A stretch of 60,001 bases of DNA from a virus (lineage: Duplodnaviria; Caudoviricetes), in the IMG/VR virus record IMGVR_UViG_3300036859_000134, positions 1-60,001 of that record, one strand, 5' to 3'. This document shows, in pieces, positions 25,490-34,422 of the stretch. The notes below the pieces were generated by a model. That model saw nothing but the letters and a program-made list of their open reading frames with translations, searched no databases and was not told the DNA's origin. The translations under genes were made by a program, and so were the position numbers. How positions within the stretch are numbered: position 1 is the stretch's first letter; every line of letters begins with the position of its first letter.

Positions 25490-25659
25490 GTCTCCTGATG
25501 CTTGGCCCCTGGCTGGCCATCGCTGCGGTGCTCGTCTATCGCTGGTGGCTGCTACGGCAGATCGCGAAGCGGCAAGCGGTGACCACGCGCGCATACACCG
25601 ACGCGGCCGCGCGCGTGATCGAGTGGGAGCGCGCCGAGTACGAGGCGCGCCGGCCATGA
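25486..25659 (+). CDS. Small membrane protein
   Basis: N-terminal hydrophobic helix; ATGA overlaps. Confidence 0.5.
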   Translation: MSLLMLGPWLAIAAVLVYRWWLLRQIAKRQAVTTRAYTDAAARVIEWERAEYEARRP

Positions 25660-25886
25660 TGTACCTCTGCCTCGACCTGTGCCCACGCCCTGGCACCGAC
25701 ATGCTCACCTTCGACACGGTGGCCGAGGTCCTGGCCAACCCATCCGTGCAGACCGACGCATGGCTGCGCAACTGGCAGGTCTTCACCGATGCAGAGGCTG
25801 CGCAGCGCTACGCCGACGCCAGCCCGACCATCGTGGTGATGCCGCTGGTGCTGCAGGATGGACCGGTTCCGGGCTTTGCTCGGTAG
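25656..25886 (+). CDS. Hypothetical protein
   Basis: Coupled ORF, GC3-rich. Confidence 0.5.
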   Translation: MMYLCLDLCPRPGTDMLTFDTVAEVLANPSVQTDAWLRNWQVFTDAEAAQRYADASPTIVVMPLVLQDGPVPGFAR

Positions 25887-25916
25887 CCTCGCTCCGCCGT
25901 TGCATTCCAGAAATCC

Positions 25917-26045
25917 CATGTGATCGTCAGCCTCGTCGCGAAAGCGGCAGAGCGAGTCTCCTGATCAAGGAGTTGTCCCGGGGCCCAGCGCCCCGGTCTT
26001 TTCGGTGGATCGCTCGCCGCGCAATTCAACGAGGCACGATCCATG
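25917..26045 (+). promoter_or_regulatory. Multi-stem structured RNA leader upstream of terS
   Basis: Nested complementary segments (see findings) including a 7-bp GC hairpin followed by TCTTTTC. Confidence 0.6.
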
Positions 26046-26981
26046 TCCCAGTCGCGCAGGAGCAGCGGCAAGCCGGCCGGCAAGGCGCCGGCGAAGAAGA
26101 CACCGAAGCGGGGTAGCTCAACGGCAGAGCAGCGGGTTCATACCCCGAAGGCAGCTGGATCGACACCAGCCCCCGCTACCACCCCCAAGCCCACCGCCAA
26201 ACGCGCCCCCGCCAAGAAGGCGGCACCCCCGAAGCCTGCGCGCAAGAAGGCGCAGCCAACCGAGCCGGCGCAGCCGTCGGCCGCAGGCACCGCCCAGCGC
26301 CTGCTCGCAGCAGAGCCGGCACCAGACCCCGAGACGGGGCTGCACCCGCGCGTGCGCGCCTTCGCCGACGAGTACCTGCGCGACTTGAACGGGACGGCCG
26401 CCTATCTGCGCGTGCACCCGGACGCCAAGGTGAGCACCGCTGCGACCGAGTCGTGCCGCATCCTCAGAAACCCCAAGGTCCGGGAATATGTCGCAGCGCG
26501 CCGCGAGCAGATGGCGTTGGCGGTCGACTTCAGCAAAGAGGACGTGATCCGCGAGCTCGTGGCGCTTGTCCGGGCGGATCCCAACGAGCTCACGCAGATG
26601 CGGCAGATCTCGTGCGACGAGTGCTGGCCGCCGGAGAAGGACGAGGGCGGGGAAAAGCGGTTGCCCATGTGGACCGAGCCGAACCCTGAGTGCCCGCACT
26701 GCAACGGCAACGGCATCCCGCGGCCGTGGTTCGCCGACACCCGCAAGCTCTCGCCGGCCGCGCGCCGGCTGTTCAGCTCGGTGCACGTCACGCGCGACGG
26801 CATGCGCATCAACCTGCGTGACCAGGATGGCGCGCTGGACAAGCTCGCGAAAGTGTTCGGCGCCTACGAGGAAGACAACAAGCAGAAGCAGGGCACACTT
26901 GCCGAGGCCCTCAGCGAGTTGTTCGGCCAGCTGCACAGCGCCGGCGGATCCCGGCTGCCGATCGCGGGGCGCGGTAAATGA
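26043..26981 (+). CDS. terS: Terminase small subunit (H1-like basic N-terminus, Zn-finger insert)
   Basis: F.DEYL.DLNGT.AY...A.TES.RIL.NPKV..Y core; CDECW...CPHCNG.G insert; directly upstream of terL. Confidence 0.88.
   Translation: MSQSRRSSGKPAGKAPAKKTPKRGSSTAEQRVHTPKAAGSTPAPATTPKPTAKRAPAKKAAPPKPARKKAQPTEPAQPSAAGTAQRLLAAEPAPDPETGLHPRVRAFADEYLRDLNGTAAYLRVHPDAKVSTAATESCRILRNPKVREYVAARREQMALAVDFSKEDVIRELVALVRADPNELTQMRQISCDECWPPEKDEGGEKRLPMWTEPNPECPHCNGNGIPRPWFADTRKLSPAARRLFSSVHVTRDGMRINLRDQDGALDKLAKVFGAYEEDNKQKQGTLAEALSELFGQLHSAGGSRLPIAGRGK
26107..26181 (+). tRNA. tRNA-Met(CAT)-like gene, initiator-like, nested in terS
   Basis: Acceptor AGCGGGG/CCCCGCT + A + CCA; D arm GCTC/GAGC; anticodon stem (G)CGGG/CCCG(A) with loop TT-CAT-AC; T arm GCTGG/CCAGC with loop ATCGACA. 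Confidence 0.8.
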
Positions 26982-28519
26982 CCGAGGTCGCGGACATCGA
27001 GTCGGTCCTGGCCACGCTGGGCCCGCAGTTCAGCGACCCGCTCTGGCGCCTCGACAACCTGTATTGGATCGTCGACAAGGACGGCCGCACGGTCAAGTTC
27101 AAGCTCAACGACGAGCAGCGCGCGTTCGTCACGAACCTGTGGACGCGCAACCTGATCCTCAAGGCGCGGCAGCTCGGGTTCAGCACGCTGATGATGGTCC
27201 TCGAGCTCGACCAGGCGCTGTTCAACGAGAACTACAACGGCGTGGTGATCGCCGACACGCTGCCCAACGCCGGCAAGCTGTTCGCCAAGATCGAGTTCGC
27301 CTACAACCACCTGCCCGATGCGGTGAAGCAGGCGCTGCCCATCACCAGCATGGCCAGCCAGTCGAGCATCCGCTTCGCGCACGGCAGCACCATCGGCGTG
27401 GGCGTCAGCGCCCGCGGCGGCACGGTGAACCTGCTGCACGTCAGTGAGCTCGGCAAGATCGCGGCCAAGTTCCCGCAGCGCTCCAAGGAGATCATCACCG
27501 GCTCCTTCGAGGCCGTGGCCACCGACAGCGTGATCGTCGTCGAGTCGACGGCCGAGGGTGCCGCCGGCGACTTCTTCGACCTGTGCATGGCCGCGTTGCG
27601 CCGCCTGAAAGAAGGCGCGCCCGAGACGCCGCTCGACTTCCGCCTGCACTTCTTCCCGTGGTTCCGCTGCCGCGACTATCGGCTGAGCGCCGAGGACGCC
27701 GCAGTCACGCCGATCAGCGTCGACGAGCACAGGTACTTCGACAAGCTGCAGGTCGAGCTCGGCATCACCATCGACGCAGGCCAGCGCGCGTGGTACGTGA
27801 AGAAGAAGGAGGTGCTCAAGCGCGAGATGAAGCGCGAGTACCCCTCGACGCCGGAGGAGGCCTTCGAGGTCGCCACCGAGGGCGCGGTGTACGGCCTCGA
27901 GATGACGTACCTGCGCGAGAAAGGCCGCGTCACCAGCGTGCAGCTCGACCCGGCGCACAAGGTCAACACCTTCTGGGACCTGGGCAAGCGCGACAAGACC
28001 GCCATCTGGCTGCACCAGTACATCGGCGTGCAGCACCGGTGGATCAAGTACTTCGAGGACAGCAACCGCGACCTGCGCTACTACTGGACGGAGCTGGAAG
28101 CGTTTCGCGTGGAACACGGCTTCATGTGGGGCAAGCACTTCCTGCCGCACGACGCCGCGACCGAGATCCTCGGCGAGTCGATCACCACGCACGAGCAGAC
28201 CCTGATCAAGCTCGGCATGCGCAACACCGTGATCGTGCCGCGAGTGTCCGACCTGTCAGTGGGCATCGACAAGACCCGCGAGGTCCTGGTGGGCAACCAC
28301 TGGTTCGACCGCATCGCGTGCGCGCAGGGCATCAAGTGCCTCGACGGCTACCAGTACCAGTGGAACGACAAGCTCGGCGTGTGGAGCAGCGATCCGCTGC
28401 ACAACTGGGCGTCGCACGGCGCTGACGCCTGGCGGCAGTTCGCGCAGGGCTGGCGCGAAGCCACCAACGACGAGTCGTTCGAGAAGTTCAAGAGGAGAGA
28501 TCGATCATGGAGACGCTGA
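26978..28519 (+). CDS. terL: Terminase large subunit
   Basis: ILKARQLGFST (Walker A), LLHVSE (Walker B), VESTAEG, WDLG..D, PHD, SHGADA nuclease motifs. Confidence 0.95.
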   Translation: MTEVADIESVLATLGPQFSDPLWRLDNLYWIVDKDGRTVKFKLNDEQRAFVTNLWTRNLILKARQLGFSTLMMVLELDQALFNENYNGVVIADTLPNAGKLFAKIEFAYNHLPDAVKQALPITSMASQSSIRFAHGSTIGVGVSARGGTVNLLHVSELGKIAAKFPQRSKEIITGSFEAVATDSVIVVESTAEGAAGDFFDLCMAALRRLKEGAPETPLDFRLHFFPWFRCRDYRLSAEDAAVTPISVDEHRYFDKLQVELGITIDAGQRAWYVKKKEVLKREMKREYPSTPEEAFEVATEGAVYGLEMTYLREKGRVTSVQLDPAHKVNTFWDLGKRDKTAIWLHQYIGVQHRWIKYFEDSNRDLRYYWTELEAFRVEHGFMWGKHFLPHDAATEILGESITTHEQTLIKLGMRNTVIVPRVSDLSVGIDKTREVLVGNHWFDRIACAQGIKCLDGYQYQWNDKLGVWSSDPLHNWASHGADAWRQFAQGWREATNDESFEKFKRRDRSWRR

Positions 28520-28581
28520 TTTGGGGTGTCGTGTGCTTCGCGTGCGCCTTCGTGGGCGCCTATCTCGGGAGCCGTGCCTGA
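28507..28581 (+). CDS. Small hydrophobic peptide (24 aa)
   Basis: METLIWGVVCFACAFVGAYLGSRA; GAGGAG RBS; its TGA overlaps the next ATG. Confidence 0.5.
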   Translation: METLIWGVVCFACAFVGAYLGSRA

Positions 28582-29054
28582 TGGAACACCTACCCATCCT
28601 CGGCCCGAGCGGCGAAGCAACGTTCCGCTTCGGCGGCAAGCGCGCCTGGAAGCAGTTCACCTACAAGGACTACATCGTCAGCCTGGAGTGGTTCGGGCCC
28701 GACGGGCGCCACGTCGATGCGTGCATGGTCATCTGGAATGCCAGGCCGAACACCAACGACGCCGGCGCGCTGATCGTCGGCCGCCGGCAGATCACGAAGT
28801 ACTGCGACGAGCACATGAAGCCGACGCCGTACGCCTTCGGTGAGGTGGCGCAGGCGCTGCCGGTGCTCGGCCGTGCGCCGCTCAACTTCGAGGTGCACGC
28901 GCTGATCGACACGATCCTGCACCACATCGACGACCTCATCCACATGCCCATCGCGCCGCTCGCGGTGCGCCGCGAGCTCTCGGGCGACGCCATGTTCGAG
29001 GTCACCCACAAGGAGAAGGACAGCGGCAAGGTCCTTCACGAAGCCGCCATCTGA
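28581..29054 (+). CDS. Hypothetical protein between terL and portal
   Basis: MEHLPILGPSG...; strong codon bias. Confidence 0.75.
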   Translation: MEHLPILGPSGEATFRFGGKRAWKQFTYKDYIVSLEWFGPDGRHVDACMVIWNARPNTNDAGALIVGRRQITKYCDEHMKPTPYAFGEVAQALPVLGRAPLNFEVHALIDTILHHIDDLIHMPIAPLAVRRELSGDAMFEVTHKEKDSGKVLHEAAI

Positions 29055-29062
29055 GGACCGCC

Positions 29063-31219
29063 ATGCCCGACATCATCGTCCCCAAGCGCACCGACCAGCT
29101 GGACGCCACGGAGCGGCACGACAGGCGCATCGGATGGTTCGTGGCCGAGGCGTCGCGCCAGGCGTCCACGCGCGCCGTCATGGCGAAGTGCGAGCGCTAC
29201 TACGACAGCGAGCAGCACGACCCGCAGGAGGCGCAGGACATCCGCGAGCGCGGGCAGAACCCGGTGACGATCAACGAGATCGCCCCGTCGATCGACTGGC
29301 TGATCGGTACCGAGCGCCGGACCCGGGTGGACTTCAAGGTGCAGCCGCGCGAGTCGCTGGATCCGGACTCGACGAAGGACGCCGAGAACAAGACCAAGCT
29401 GCTGAAGTGGCTCGACGACACCAACGGCGGCGGCTTCGAGCGCAGCAACGCGTGGGACGACGCGGTGAAGGCGGGACTGGGCTGGATCGAGGTCGGCGTG
29501 CGGGGTGATCTGTCCGACGAGCCGATCTACAAGCGCTCCGAAAGCTGGCGTGCCATGCTCCACGACAGCATGGGCACGCGCAAGGACACGCGCGACTGGC
29601 GCTACACCTTCCGGCTGAAGATGGTCGACCTCGACATCGCGCTGGCCTACTTCCCGAGCAAGGAGAAGGAACTGCTCAAGGTCCGCCAGCGCGGCAACGA
29701 CCTGCAGACCTTCTCGACCTGGTGGATGGGCGCCGGCAACCTGATGGACCTGGGCCTGCTCGAGGCGGCCAGCGCGCTCGACCAGAACGCCATGCCGCTG
29801 GACCTGTTCAACCCGCGCGACCGCGTGCTGCTGGTCGAGTGCTGGAACTATGACCCGTTCACCGTGAAACAGCGGCCGAACTCGTCGCTCTACGACCGCG
29901 TGCAGCTGCGCATGCGCATGTCGATCATGACGGAGTTCGACACCCTCATCGAGGACTGGAGCCCGTACAAGCACAACCGATTCCACTTCATCCCGCTCTG
30001 GGGCTACCGCAACAAGACCACGGGCATGCCCTATAGCCCGATCAAGCGGATGCTCGACAAGCAGGACGCGGTCAACCACGCCTACACCAAGGCACTGTTC
30101 GAGATCAGCGTCAACCAGATCATCATGGAGGCCGACGCGATCGACAACGAGGCGATGACGATCGAGGAGGTGCAGGAAGAGATCTCCGACCCGGCCGGCG
30201 TCGCGGTGCTCGCCAAGGGCGCACTGACGAACAAGAAGTTCCAGACGCGCCGCGGCATCGAGAACGCGCAGGCGCAGCTGCAGCTGGCCGATCGGATGAT
30301 CACCGCCATGCAGGGCGAAAGCTCTGTCACCGGCGAGAACCGCGGCCTGGACACCAACGCCATCAGCGGCAAGGCCATCGGCCTGAAGCAGGACCAGGGC
30401 GGCGTGCTGTCGGCCGAGCTGTTCGACAACGCGCTGCTCGCCCGCAAGCAGGAAGGCGAGATCGAACTGTCGCTGGTCGAGCAGTACCTCGTGAAGCCCA
30501 TGGCGGTGCCCATCGCGGGCGAGCGCGGGCAGTACGAGATGCTCGAGCTCAACCAGATGCTCGACGACGGCACGGTGCTGAACGACATCACGGCCCGCTC
30601 GGCGCGCTTCGTTGTCGACGAGCAGCCGTGGCGCGCGACGCTCGGCCAGGCGATGTTCGAGTCGCTCATCGAACTGATGGGCAAGCTGGCACCGGTGGCG
30701 CCGCAGGTGGTGACCGCGATCCTCGACCTCGTGTTCGAGTACGCGGACATGCCGAACAAGCAGAGCATGCTGCAGCGCATCCGCGCCGTGACCGGCCAGC
30801 CGGGCCCGGACAACGAGATGACGCCCGAGCAGAAGCAGGCGCAGGACCAGGCCAACGCGGTCAAGGAAGCGCAGTTCCGGGCGCAGATGGCCAAGCTGGC
30901 GGCCGACATTCACGAGGCATCGGCGCGCGGCGACAAGCTGGACGCCGAGTCGGTAGCCAAGCGGCTGGAGGCGCTCTACATGGCCGCCCAGGGCGCCCAG
31001 GTGATCGCGATGAATCCGACGATCGCCCCGATGGTGGACGAGCTCGCCAAGTCGGCCGGCTTCCAGGACCAGAACGCGGCGCCCATCGCGCCGGAGCCCG
31101 GAGCCGTGCAGCCGGGCGCAGCCATCCCGCCGGCGCAGCAGGCCGACGGCGCACTCGTCGGTCACGAGACCGGCATTCGCACCCCAGGCGCCGACGGCGT
31201 CATCAACCCCCAGGAGTGA
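29063..31219 (+). CDS. Portal protein (P22-like)
   Basis: YYD.EQ......RGQ.P.TINEI...IDW.IGTE; G.GW.EV; SPY....F..IP.WGY; D.QD..N; A.SG.AI..KQ.QG; Q/A-rich barrel. Confidence 0.9.
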   Translation: MPDIIVPKRTDQLDATERHDRRIGWFVAEASRQASTRAVMAKCERYYDSEQHDPQEAQDIRERGQNPVTINEIAPSIDWLIGTERRTRVDFKVQPRESLDPDSTKDAENKTKLLKWLDDTNGGGFERSNAWDDAVKAGLGWIEVGVRGDLSDEPIYKRSESWRAMLHDSMGTRKDTRDWRYTFRLKMVDLDIALAYFPSKEKELLKVRQRGNDLQTFSTWWMGAGNLMDLGLLEAASALDQNAMPLDLFNPRDRVLLVECWNYDPFTVKQRPNSSLYDRVQLRMRMSIMTEFDTLIEDWSPYKHNRFHFIPLWGYRNKTTGMPYSPIKRMLDKQDAVNHAYTKALFEISVNQIIMEADAIDNEAMTIEEVQEEISDPAGVAVLAKGALTNKKFQTRRGIENAQAQLQLADRMITAMQGESSVTGENRGLDTNAISGKAIGLKQDQGGVLSAELFDNALLARKQEGEIELSLVEQYLVKPMAVPIAGERGQYEMLELNQMLDDGTVLNDITARSARFVVDEQPWRATLGQAMFESLIELMGKLAPVAPQVVTAILDLVFEYADMPNKQSMLQRIRAVTGQPGPDNEMTPEQKQAQDQANAVKEAQFRAQMAKLAADIHEASARGDKLDAESVAKRLEALYMAAQGAQVIAMNPTIAPMVDELAKSAGFQDQNAAPIAPEPGAVQPGAAIPPAQQADGALVGHETGIRTPGADGVINPQE

Positions 31220-31222
31220 TCC

Positions 31223-31696
31223 ATGGAAGAGCAGACGAACGAGCAAGGCGCCGTCGGCGACACCGAGACCAAGGCCTACGAGGACGGCACGACCGCGACC
31301 GGCCCGGGCCCGCTGCCCGACGAGTCGCCGACGATCGGGGGTGCGCACATGCTGGATCAGGCGCCCGAGGCTGTGACCATCGCGCCGTCCGATGTCGGTG
31401 ACCTTGCGCAAGTGCTTTCGGCCCAGCTGGCGCCCGACGTTTCGCAGCCACCGGCGCCGCCCCCGAGCCCCGAGGCCTTGCGGGAACTGCTGGCTGAAGC
31501 AGTGCCAGTGCCGCGGCTGCTTCGCCTCGAAGCGGCCCGCGCGCTGCCGGAAGCGGTGGAGGGCGACGATGTGCTCGGCGCGTACACGAAGCCAGATGAC
31601 GAGTGCATCGAGTCGTTCGTCGACACCGACGACCGCGTGATGCGCGTCGTCGTCACGCCGGCCGGATTGGCGAAGGTGGAGCTGCATCATGGCTAA
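31223..31696 (+). CDS. Acidic hypothetical protein
   Basis: AGGAG RBS; YEDGTTATGPGPLP motif. Confidence 0.6.
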   Translation: MEEQTNEQGAVGDTETKAYEDGTTATGPGPLPDESPTIGGAHMLDQAPEAVTIAPSDVGDLAQVLSAQLAPDVSQPPAPPPSPEALRELLAEAVPVPRLLRLEAARALPEAVEGDDVLGAYTKPDDECIESFVDTDDRVMRVVVTPAGLAKVELHHG

Positions 31697-31886
31697 GACC
31701 AAGGCAGCAAACGCCGCGATCGGCGGCCCGAGCATGGCCGACCAGCAGAAGTGGCAGGCCGAGGACGACCTGCGCACGCTGACCCGGGCCAACGAGATCC
31801 GGAAGGACGCGCCGCGCTACAAGCGCGCGCTGGCCCTCGCGCAGGAGCAACTCGCGACGATCAAGTCAGTCGCCGAGTCGAAGTAA
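31689..31886 (+). CDS. Small conserved phage protein
   Basis: WQAEDDLRTL.RA.EI.KD..R...A. Confidence 0.75.
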   Translation: MAKTKAANAAIGGPSMADQQKWQAEDDLRTLTRANEIRKDAPRYKRALALAQEQLATIKSVAESK

Positions 31887-31914
31887 ACCCACCACATCGC
31901 AGGAGCGATACCCC

Positions 31915-32985
31915 ATGGCAAAGATCATCGAAGACGCGGCGCTCAAGTTCATGACGCCAGAGGAACAGAAGATCGCGCGCGACCTGCTCGCCGCGGAAGA
32001 AGCTGGCCAGGACGCGCTGGGCGACGGCACCACGCCCGAGCCAGCTGCCGCAGCAGCCGAAGGCGAGGCCACCGATCCGCCGGCGACGGACGCGAACGCC
32101 GAGGGCGATGAGCCTGCCGGCGATGCGGCCACCGTCGAAGCTGGCGACCAGCCCGCCGACGGCGGCGATGGCCAGGCGGCAGCCGCGACCGAGGGCGAGG
32201 GCGACAAGCCGAACGCCGACGCGCTCGAAGAACTGCTGCACGGCGACGCGCCTTTCGTGCCCAAGCTCGACGGCAAGGGCCCGGAGAACTACGACCAGCA
32301 GCGCAAGGACCTGCGCGAGCAGAAGTCCGCCGCGCGCGCCACGAAGCACAAGACCGTGAGCGATGCGCGCAAGAAGTGGAGCGATGGTCTGATCGAAGAC
32401 GAGGCATTCGATGCTGCCGAGCGCGCAGCCGAGGACGCCTACGAGGCCGTCGCCGACGAGGTGGACGAGAAGCTGCAGGGCCTGCTCATCCAGCGCACGA
32501 AGGCCGAGGCGCTCAAGGAGGCCGGGCAGCAGATCGCGCAACAGTCCGAGCAGGGTTACCTGTCGAAGCTCGCCGCGCGCGCCAAGAAGGACGGCACGCT
32601 GGATTATTCCGACGCCAAGGTGGCCGGGCAGTTCGACCGCACGCTGACCGTGATCGAAGCCGATCCAGAATGGGCCGCCAAGTCCTTCGAGGAGCGCGCT
32701 GACGAAGCGCACCGCGTGGTGATGGCGCTCAACGGCAAGGTTGCTGCTGCGCCTGCGCCGGCAGCAGCGGCGCCTGCAGCCGCACCCGCGGCGCAGAAGC
32801 CCGCCGCGCGCACCACGCCGCCGGCGCCTCCCGTCACGCTGCGCGACCTGCCGGCCGCCGCGGTTGCCAACGCAGCTGGCACGGTCAAGGAGCAATGGCA
32901 GGCGCTGTCCGGTGTCGCAGCCGAGCGCTTCTTCGCGTCGCTGTCGCCGGCGAAGCAGGCCGAACTGCTCGGTGAGGCTGCCTGA
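31915..32985 (+). CDS. Probable scaffolding protein
   Basis: Acidic N-terminus, coiled coil, A/P linker, PVTL.DLPAA tail; upstream of capsid. Confidence 0.75.
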   Translation: MAKIIEDAALKFMTPEEQKIARDLLAAEEAGQDALGDGTTPEPAAAAAEGEATDPPATDANAEGDEPAGDAATVEAGDQPADGGDGQAAAATEGEGDKPNADALEELLHGDAPFVPKLDGKGPENYDQQRKDLREQKSAARATKHKTVSDARKKWSDGLIEDEAFDAAERAAEDAYEAVADEVDEKLQGLLIQRTKAEALKEAGQQIAQQSEQGYLSKLAARAKKDGTLDYSDAKVAGQFDRTLTVIEADPEWAAKSFEERADEAHRVVMALNGKVAAAPAPAAAAPAAAPAAQKPAARTTPPAPPVTLRDLPAAAVANAAGTVKEQWQALSGVAAERFFASLSPAKQAELLGEAA

Positions 32986-32987
32986 CC

Positions 32988-33185
32988 ATGGCGCAGCGCG
33001 GCGTATCGATGGACGTGCGGGTCGGCGAGGTGCTGGAGATCGTCCCGCCCGCTGGCGCCGTTGACAACCGAAAAATCACCGTGACACTCGAACACAAGGA
33101 CGGGCGCAGGGCCCGTCTCAGGATCACGGCGAGCGAGGATGTTCGCATCGAGCGCCAGGATCGACGGCTGGTAACGCAGCCGTAG
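32988..33185 (+). CDS. CsrA/RsmA-like small protein
   Basis: SMDVRVGEVLEI...ITVTLEHKDGRRARLRITASEDVRIER parallels CsrA LTRRVGETLMI...[27 protein letters not shown]. Confidence 0.6.
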   Translation: MAQRGVSMDVRVGEVLEIVPPAGAVDNRKITVTLEHKDGRRARLRITASEDVRIERQDRRLVTQP

Positions 33186-33246
33186 GTGCCCCGCAAGGGG
33201 TTGTTGGACGCGCAGGAGTGCGTCGTGTGCCCTCAACGGAGGTCTC

Positions 33247-34392
33247 ATGGCACGCACTTCTGTCCTGCCCACCGATCCGCAAACGCGGAAGGCCTGGGCC
33301 GTCAAGGTCGCCAACGACAGCATCAAGGACCAGTACTACGCCCGCCTGATCGGGCCGGAGGGTTCGCGGTCGGTCGTGATCCGCAAGACGGACCTCGAGT
33401 CCGGTGCAGGCGACGAAGTCACCACCACGCTGGTCGCCAAGCTGCGCGGCGCGCCGGTCACTGCCGGCCAGAAGCTCGAGGGCCGCGAAATGCGCCTCGA
33501 CTTCGCGACGCACAAGATGCGCATCGACGTCGTCCGCCAGGGCGTCAACGTCGGCACGAAGATGGACCAGAAGCGCGTCGACGCGAACCTGAAGCAGCAG
33601 GGTCGTGCGCGCCTGACGGACTACATCAAGGAACTGTACGAGGAGTACATCGCTGCGGCGGCCGCCGGTGCCCGTGGCGTGGGCGACGAGTTCCAGCACC
33701 TGGACACCAGCTACGCGGGCTACCCCAACGCGTTCCGCGCGCCGGACTCGGCGCACCTGTACGTCGGCACCGCCGGCGACAAGGCGAAGGCCACGCTGGC
33801 CACCACCGACAAGCTGGCGCTGTCGACGCTGAACAAGCTCAGCGTCAAGGCCCGCAAGATGCTGGGCGGCGTGCAGGACGGTAAGTCCGTGAAGATGACC
33901 AAGACGGTCATCGGCGGCAAGGAGTGCTGGGTGCTGGTGACCATGCCAGAGGGCATGCAGGACATCCGCGACGACTCCGGCACCACGGGCTGGTTCGAAG
34001 CGCAGAAGGCGCTGATCCAGAACATCGGCAAGGAAGCCGAACTGTTCAAGGGCGGCGCAGGCCTCTTCAACGGCGTGCTGGCCGACGAGTGCGAGACCGG
34101 CGTCAAGTTCAACGACTACGGCGCTGGCGGCACCACCCTTGCGATGCGCTCGCTGTTCTGCGGCGCCAACGCCATCAGCGTGGCCCACGGCACGAAGGGC
34201 ATGGCCGATGGTCTGTCGCTCGAGCTCGACGAGGACAGCGACGACCGCGGCTTCGAAGACGTGATCACGTTCCTCATGATCTTCGGCGCCGACAAGACGC
34301 AGTACAGCCCGGTCAACGGCCAGACGGCCCGCGACTACGGCGTGATCAGCGTCGACCACGCGTACACGCTGGCGCCCGGCGCCACGATGTAA
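33247..34392 (+). CDS. Major capsid protein (N4-gp56/DUF4043 type)
   Basis: K.W.......YY....G....S.V.RKTDLE..AGD.V...L...L.G.P......LEG.E..L.F....M.ID..R..V..G..M.QKR; strong RBS and codon bias. Confidence 0.9.
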   Translation: MARTSVLPTDPQTRKAWAVKVANDSIKDQYYARLIGPEGSRSVVIRKTDLESGAGDEVTTTLVAKLRGAPVTAGQKLEGREMRLDFATHKMRIDVVRQGVNVGTKMDQKRVDANLKQQGRARLTDYIKELYEEYIAAAAAGARGVGDEFQHLDTSYAGYPNAFRAPDSAHLYVGTAGDKAKATLATTDKLALSTLNKLSVKARKMLGGVQDGKSVKMTKTVIGGKECWVLVTMPEGMQDIRDDSGTTGWFEAQKALIQNIGKEAELFKGGAGLFNGVLADECETGVKFNDYGAGGTTLAMRSLFCGANAISVAHGTKGMADGLSLELDEDSDDRGFEDVITFLMIFGADKTQYSPVNGQTARDYGVISVDHAYTLAPGATM

Positions 34393-34422
34393 GGCCCACC
34401 TCTCGACTGAAAGGACGCAACC

